Assembly: GCA_965238005.1 (NCBI GenBank)
Contig: OZ250165.1
Location: 1,120,001-1,184,000 of the forward strand
From: Longimicrobiales bacterium
Lineage (GTDB): Bacteria; Gemmatimonadota; Gemmatimonadetes; Longimicrobiales; Gaopeijiaceae
DNA: 64,000 nt
Direction of reading: 5' to 3'
The position numbers and the translations under genes are program-made. The notes under the pieces were generated by a model. The model was given only the letters and a program-made list of their open reading frames with translations, searched no databases and was not told the origin of the DNA. This document shows, one piece after another, positions 59,230-64,000 of this stretch (positions are counted from its first letter, which is position 1; every line of letters begins with the position of its first letter).

Positions 59230-59679
59230 TCAGCCGGCCTTGGATCCCTCCGCCTCGGCCTCCTTTTCGGGAGGCGGGCGTAGGACCCCTTCGATGGCCC
59301 CGGCCAGATCCTCGTAGCCGTCGGGCTTCACGAGGTAGTCTCGGACGCCGAGCTCGCGGGCGCGCCTCTCCACGTTCTTGTCCATGCACGCCGTGAAGAC
59401 CACGACGGGAATCGACGAGAGCTCTTCGTGCTCCTGGAGCCACTCGAGGATCTCCAGACCGGTGCCGTCGAGGAGCCAGTGATCGAGGACGATGAGACCC
59501 GGTAGGGGGTGCCGTCGCTTATCGTCGAAGGGCCATTCGCCGTTCAGGTAGGCACACGCCTCAGCCACGCTGGCCGTGACGAACACGGGACTGTCGAGGC
59601 CGCGAAAATCCAGAAGGGCCTGAATCAGCGTGGCGTGCTCATGGTTGTCCTCGATGAGGAGAACCAGTTCCGTGGCCAA
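59230..59679 (-). CDS. Single-domain response regulator (Rcp1-like)
   Basis: LLIEDN, IVLDHWL, PVVVFT, VKP. Confidence 0.88.
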   Translation of the reverse strand: MATELVLLIEDNHEHATLIQALLDFRGLDSPVFVTASVAEACAYLNGEWPFDDKRRHPLPGLIVLDHWLLDGTGLEILEWLQEHEELSSIPVVVFTACMDKNVERRARELGVRDYLVKPDGYEDLAGAIEGVLRPPPEKEAEAEGSKAG

Positions 59680-59765
59680 GGCTCACACTCCTGGTGAGGA
59701 ATGGGCACAAAGACAAATCGATTTTCGGTGGGGGAGCTACTCTTCAACGTTACCACCGGTGCTTC

Positions 59766-60120
59766 TTAGTTGCCACCTTTCTTTACACCCGGCTCTTTTC
59801 GGCCGAGACCGCCCGCTCGGTCGGCCCGGATTCCGCCCTTGGGGAGGCAGAGGTGGAGCTTCATTCCTTCATGGGTCGCCTTGAAGCGCAACTTCTCGTA
59901 GAAGCGCTTGGCCGCGGCCCTCGTCTTGTCCGTCGTGAGCTGTACCAGGTGGCAACCGCGCTCCCGAGCCCGGTTCATGGCCCACTCCATCAAGGCCTGT
60001 CCGACCCCGTGTCCCCGGCTGCCCGCAGCCACGCGCACCCCTTCGATAAGCGCCCGGCGTCCCCATTCATAGGAGAGATACGGGATGATGGTGAGCTGCA
60101 GGACGCCGACGACCGCACCG
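59766..60120 (-). pseudogene. C-terminal part of a GNAT acetyltransferase
   Basis: VVGVLQLTIIP..IEGVRV..RGHGVG..GCHLVQLTTDK..RFYEKL; the expected N-terminal third is absent. Confidence 0.65.
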
Positions 60121-60202
60121 TGGTGCCCCCCGGGCGTCGTGTGCTCGAGGGCGCGCCGAGTAGTGTCGGAGCACATGGGCGAGTCTCCTGTTGAGCGGCC
60201 AG

Positions 60203-60238
60203 AAAGAAGGGGCCGCCCCATGAATCGGAGCGGCCCCT
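60203..60238 (-). terminator. Intrinsic terminator after csp
   Basis: Minus strand AGGGGCCGCTCC..GGGGCGGCCCCT-TCTTT. Confidence 0.65.
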
Positions 60239-60260
60239 GAAGCCGATAGCTCAGATACGG

Positions 60261-60473
60261 TTAGGTGACTCGTACGACGTTCTCCGCGGCTGGTCCCTTC
60301 TGCCCCTCAACGACCTCGAATTCGACGATGTCGCCCTCGTTGAGGGTTTTGAAGCCCTCGGCCTGAATGGCGGAATGGTGGACAAAGCAGTCTTTGCTGT
60401 TGTCCTCGGGCGTGATGAAGCCGAAGCCCTTCTGATCGTTGAACCACTTCACTGTCCCTCTGGTACGCATCAT
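60261..60473 (-). CDS. Cold-shock protein
   Basis: GTVKWFN, KGFGFI (RNP1), FVHHSAI (RNP2). Confidence 0.96.
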   Translation of the reverse strand: MMRTRGTVKWFNDQKGFGFITPEDNSKDCFVHHSAIQAEGFKTLNEGDIVEFEVVEGQKGPAAENVVRVT

Positions 60474-60565
60474 CCTGCTCCTTTGGTGGTCACTGTCGGA
60501 GTCCGGATGAACCGCACCTTCCGACTACATGACTCGCGCGGTAACTCCCCCACGCTGGGCCGTGA
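60474..60565 (-). promoter_or_regulatory. Conserved structured csp 5' leader, copy 1
   Basis: 60495-60526 matches 62850-62881 at 31/32; stem GUCGGA/UCCGAC. Confidence 0.7.
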
Positions 60566-60659
60566 CGGGTAGCGACACGGAGAAAGTCCTCAACGCTCGG
60601 TCGAGGGTGATCGAACGGTGCGTGCCTCCGGGCCCCCGGTCAAGGTTTTTATGCGGAGC

Positions 60660-60962
60660 CCCCCAACGCCTCTTGTGGCGGTGGCGGCCCAGGTGATCCG
60701 GGAGGTCGCTGAACAGCGCGACCGCGCTCACCAGGCCGGAAAACGTCTACCGACCTTGACCCTCCAGGCGGACGTCCGCTTCGCCTCATCCGAGAAGCAG
60801 CACGCCTTCGCCACCGAGCTCTCGCAGGAGGTGGCGCGGCTGATTGCCAAGTACCACGACGAAGATGAACCCGACGGTCGGCGTTTGCGTGTCATGGCCG
60901 GTGCCTACCCTGCCCCGCTGGAAGATGCGACCGGGTGCGATCCCCGGGAGGAGGATTCATGA
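60660..60962 (+). pseudogene. C-terminal remnant of an ArsR-like HTH regulator
   Basis: GKRLPTLTLQADVRFAS..AFATEL..LIAKYHDE..GAYP; HTH missing; ATGA-coupled to an SRPBCC fragment. Confidence 0.55.
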
Positions 60963-61090
60963 GCACGCAGGAAGCGTTCGAAGGTCGGCAGGACCAGGAG
61001 ACCCGTGCGGTCGAGCGAGAGATCGACGCACCGCTGGCTGCCGTATGGAAGGCCCTCACCGACGCCGAGGAGCTCACAAGGTGGTTGTAG
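60959..61090 (+). pseudogene. N-terminal fragment of an SRPBCC/AHSA1 protein
   Basis: EREIDAPLAAVWKALTDAEELTRWL then TAG. Confidence 0.65.
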
Positions 61091-61160
61091 ATCGGAGCCG
61101 ACCTCGGGCCAACCCCGATCGTCGAGGCGGACCCCGGCCCTGCACGCCTCGGTGAACCTC

Positions 61161-61488
61161 CTACTTCCCCCGGCGAATGGCTTGAATCATCCGGTCGAGG
61201 GCCTGAAGGAACTGGGAGCGGTCTCGCTTCTGGAAGGGAGGAGGCCCTCCCGTCATCTCCCCCATGCCCCGGAGGTGGGACATGAGCTCCCGGGTAGCCA
61301 GGGCGGCACCGATGGAATCCTCCGTGAAGGGGCGTCCCCGGGGACCGAGCACCCCAACCCCTTCTTCAGGCACTCCGAGGCAAGGGGGATGTCCGTTTGA
61401 TCCTGTACCGCTGGGCCACCCGGTAGACCTCCTCCTTCACCGGGCAGGCGTCGGCATCCACGAAGATCCCGGGTAGGTACTCGTTCAC
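61161..61488 (-). pseudogene. YaiI/YqxD family gene with an internal deletion and frameshift
   Basis: N-terminal [12 protein letters not shown] and C-terminal [26 protein letters not shown] are in different frames; the middle is missing. Confidence 0.75.
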
Positions 61489-62465
61489 AGCGATCCCGGC
61501 CCGTCGCCCGTCCCCAACGGGAAGAGCCTGCGCCTCATCTCGGCGATGTGGCCGGGCTGGACGCGGCAGCACCCGCCGATGCCCGAAGCCCCCAGCTCTG
61601 CCCACTCGTCGATGAGGGTCGTCCAGTCGGGGTCGCGCCGAGCCGGCGTCCACTTCTTGTCCACGGCGTCGTATCCTTCTCCCGAGTTGGGATAGACGAT
61701 GATCGGCTTCGGCTTGGCCTTCCGCATCTCCCCGATCAGCGTGGAGACGTGCTCGGGAGCGGTGCAATTAATGCCCACCGCGGCGACCTGCGGCTCGGCC
61801 GCGCACAGCTCGGCCATGTGCTCGAGGCGGCTGCCATCGCTGACATGGGCTCCGTCACGGCAGCTGAAGCTCATCCACGCCCACCGGTGCGGGGTGTCGC
61901 GTAGAAGGCGGAGGAGCACCTCGGCCTCGAGTCGCGACGGGATGGTCTCGCACGCCAAAAGATCCGCCCGGCTCTCGGCCAGGACATGCCAGCGTCTCTC
62001 GTGGAAGGCGTGCAGCTCGCCGGCGTCGATCCCGTAGTCGCCCGTGTACTCCGATCCGTCGGCGAGGAACGCCCCGTAGGGCCCGATGCTCGCCGCCACG
62101 AGGGGCCGTAGGCGACGCTCCCGGTTTTCGGGATCGGCCCAGAAGGAGTCGCGAGTCTCGACCGCCAGATCGATGAATCGCACCAAGAGCCGGACGGCGT
62201 CCTCGTCGCTCTGGCCCCTCGCCGAAAATCCTGGGAAAGTGGCCTGATAGGTTGCCGTCGTGATGCAGTCGGCGCCCGCTCTCAGAAAGTCCAGGTGCAC
62301 GTCTCGGATGGCGTCGGGGTCTTCCAGCAACACCTTAGCGGACCAGAGATCGTCGTTCAGGTCATGGCCACGCGCCTCCAAGGCCGTGGCCAAGCCACCG
62401 TCCAGCACGATCCTGCCCTGGAGTCGCACCAAGGGGAGGAGGGGGTTCTCAGTGGGGGTCGTCAC
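61485..62465 (-). CDS. mmuM: Homocysteine S-methyltransferase
   Basis: LDGGLATALE, LWSA, GPYGAFLADGSEY, ETIP, GINC, VYPNSGE, GGCC. Confidence 0.93.
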   Translation of the reverse strand: MTTPTENPLLPLVRLQGRIVLDGGLATALEARGHDLNDDLWSAKVLLEDPDAIRDVHLDFLRAGADCITTATYQATFPGFSARGQSDEDAVRLLVRFIDLAVETRDSFWADPENRERRLRPLVAASIGPYGAFLADGSEYTGDYGIDAGELHAFHERRWHVLAESRADLLACETIPSRLEAEVLLRLLRDTPHRWAWMSFSCRDGAHVSDGSRLEHMAELCAAEPQVAAVGINCTAPEHVSTLIGEMRKAKPKPIIVYPNSGEGYDAVDKKWTPARRDPDWTTLIDEWAELGASGIGGCCRVQPGHIAEMRRRLFPLGTGDGPGSL

Positions 62466-62544
62466 TTCGATTCCGGGTCAGCCAAGGGTCGCTCAGGGGC
62501 TCGACAACAACGTGTTCGGGAAGGGATCGGGCGGCAAGCGTCTG

Positions 62545-62585
62545 AAAAGACAAGCGGGCCACCCCGAATGCTCGGGGCGGCCCGC
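62545..62585 (-). terminator. Intrinsic terminator after second csp
   Basis: Minus strand GCGGGCCGCCCCGA..TCGGGGTGGCCCGC-TTGTCTTTT. Confidence 0.7.
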
Positions 62586-62617
62586 CAGCTGCTATGGGCC
62601 ACTCGGCCCAAATGGCT

Positions 62618-62827
62618 CTAGACCTTCTGGACGTTCTCGGCGGCGGGGCCCTTCTGGCCCTCCACCACGTCGAACTCAACGCTCTCGCCTTCGGCCAGAG
62701 ACTTGAAGCCCTCGGCCTGAATCGCGGAATGATGGACGAACAGGTCTCTGCTGCCATCCTCCGGGGTGATAAAGCCGAAGCCCTTTTGGTCGTTGAACCA
62801 CTTCACAGTGCCTTTGGTACGCATCAT
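62618..62827 (-). CDS. Cold-shock protein
   Basis: [21 protein letters not shown]; close paralog of 60261-60473. Confidence 0.96.
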   Translation of the reverse strand: MMRTKGTVKWFNDQKGFGFITPEDGSRDLFVHHSAIQAEGFKSLAEGESVEFDVVEGQKGPAAENVQKV

Positions 62828-62920
62828 CTACTCCATCTGGTTGGTCATGGTCGGAGTCCGGATGATCCGCACCTTCCGACTTCTTGACTCTCGCGGTCGT
62901 ATCCCCCGCGCTGGGTCGCG
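62828..62920 (-). promoter_or_regulatory. Conserved structured csp 5' leader, copy 2
   Basis: Alignable with 60474-60565 over about 90 nt. Confidence 0.7.
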
Positions 62921-63073
62921 GCACCTGCCACGAAAAAAGCGGGCAGCCTCTGGAGGCCCCCGCATCGATACTGCTGCTTCTAGCCTGCCTTCAATATTTC
63001 TTTGTTCGCTGTAAAGCTCACGGAAAGGACGCTTCTCGTCAACCGCCGCGGGAACGGTGAGTGAAGCCGTGCA

Positions 63074-64000
63074 TCAGAGTATCGAGAAGCGCAGCCGGGC
63101 TCCCAATCCTCCACCCTCCGCGTCGAGGAGATCCCTGGGGCCTCCGCTCATCTCCGCGACATCGCCACCGTGGAGCAGTGCGGTGCTCACCAGAGGCTCG
63201 ACGTCGGATCGCTGCTCATCGGCGAGTCTCCTAGATACCAGCAGCATATCCACCGCCCCCTGATCCAGGGCCAATCGGGTGTTCTTGAACCCGAGTGTGC
63301 CCTTGCCGCCCGGATGGGCGGAGTCGACGATGGCCTGGAGGACCTTGCCGTGCCCGTGATCGCGGATGTCGTCGAGGAATGGAGCGATCTCCTGGGACAC
63401 CTCCGATGCCGGCATCTCGAGTTCGAGACCGGGCGCAATGGTGGTGCGAGCCATGAGGGCGTCGGGAAGGCCGGAGCGGAGTGCCGACGCAACATCGGGT
63501 GGGCCCCCGATGATCACCGAGCCTTCGTGACCGATCAAATCGACTACGGCCTGTATCGTATCCCGGACGAGCTGCTGGCTTTCCGCCACGAGGGATCTCT
63601 GGGCCGCATCGCGAGCCGTGGCACCCCTCACCCCCGTGGCGACGCGTGCGGACTTCATCATGCCCACGTCCGAAAAATCCTCGAGGGAGCGGTCGACCTC
63701 CAGCTCGTTTGCCTCGGTCAACCGACCACCCTGCTGTCTCAACAGTCGTGATCGCCAGTGGTCGCACAGGACAACGGCCACGGGGTGAGCCAGGTTCAGC
63801 ACCCGCAGATAGGGCGTAAGCAGGGCGCCCCTCTGCCAGACCACTACGGTGGGAACCCGAACCGGCAGTGACTCGGAGTGGTGGATCGCACCTTCGGTAA
63901 AGAAGCCCGCCCATCCGGGCGAGGGAAGGAAACCGTGGTGACGTCCGAGATGGCTCTCGAGAACCTCGAGAGCACGGCCGAAGGCCGCTAGATCGGTTGG
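63074..64000 (-). CDS. Bacterial archaeo-eukaryotic release factor (baeRF / eRF1-like) family protein, 5' end outside the window
   Basis: Frame open to 64000; eRF1 domain-3-like G..NT..AL.QGAVDMLLV and C-terminal GGLGARLRF. Confidence 0.75.
   Translation of the reverse strand, partial: PTDLAAFGRALEVLESHLGRHHGFLPSPGWAGFFTEGAIHHSESLPVRVPTVVVWQRGALLTPYLRVLNLAHPVAVVLCDHWRSRLLRQQGGRLTEANELEVDRSLEDFSDVGMMKSARVATGVRGATARDAAQRSLVAESQQLVRDTIQAVVDLIGHEGSVIIGGPPDVASALRSGLPDALMARTTIAPGLELEMPASEVSQEIAPFLDDIRDHGHGKVLQAIVDSAHPGGKGTLGFKNTRLALDQGAVDMLLVSRRLADEQRSDVEPLVSTALLHGGDVAEMSGGPRDLLDAEGGGLGARLRFSIL

Noticed and set aside
28002..59679. Two similar orphan response regulators (YLxGEWP motif) as a dedicated system
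   Set aside because: Rcp1-like paralogs are common, and no kinase or shared context is visible.
37351..62465. A selenium/sulfur module linking D-Cys desulfhydrase, TauE, mmuM and the selenoprotein candidate
   Set aside because: The genes are 19-43 kb apart with unrelated genes between them; there is no linkage evidence.

Overview
High-GC bacterial chromosomal window with about 45 apparently intact genes. Gene content (choice-of-anchor B, LVIVD and FG-GAP propeller proteins, M14/S9 peptidases, orphan Rcp1-type regulators) suggests a Gemmatimonadota-like organism; this is inference only. Amino-acid catabolism dominates: fhs, two Thr/Ser dehydratases, tdh-kbl, an ornithine cyclodeaminase family gene, arcA-arcB-arcC, YfcC, D-Cys desulfhydrase and mmuM. 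There are also many secreted proteins. No rRNA, tRNA, CRISPR array or transposase was recognised. Main observations: (1) a DUF2652 (cyclase-like)-methyltransferase fusion that reads through an in-frame UGA at the position of a conserved ArsM Cys, with a SECIS-like hairpin behind it, making it a candidate selenoprotein that the ORF track splits; (2) a modular set of TA/CTAG-flanked inverted-repeat elements (12-278 bp) sitting on TAG stop codons; (3) a conserved, structured 5' leader shared by two cold-shock genes; (4) a trypsin-like protease followed by a free-standing copy of its own N-terminal domain; (5) a 7x16-bp tandem array; (6) many truncated or internally deleted genes, reflecting either genome erosion or an assembly artefact. 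All family assignments come from motif recognition by eye, not database searches.
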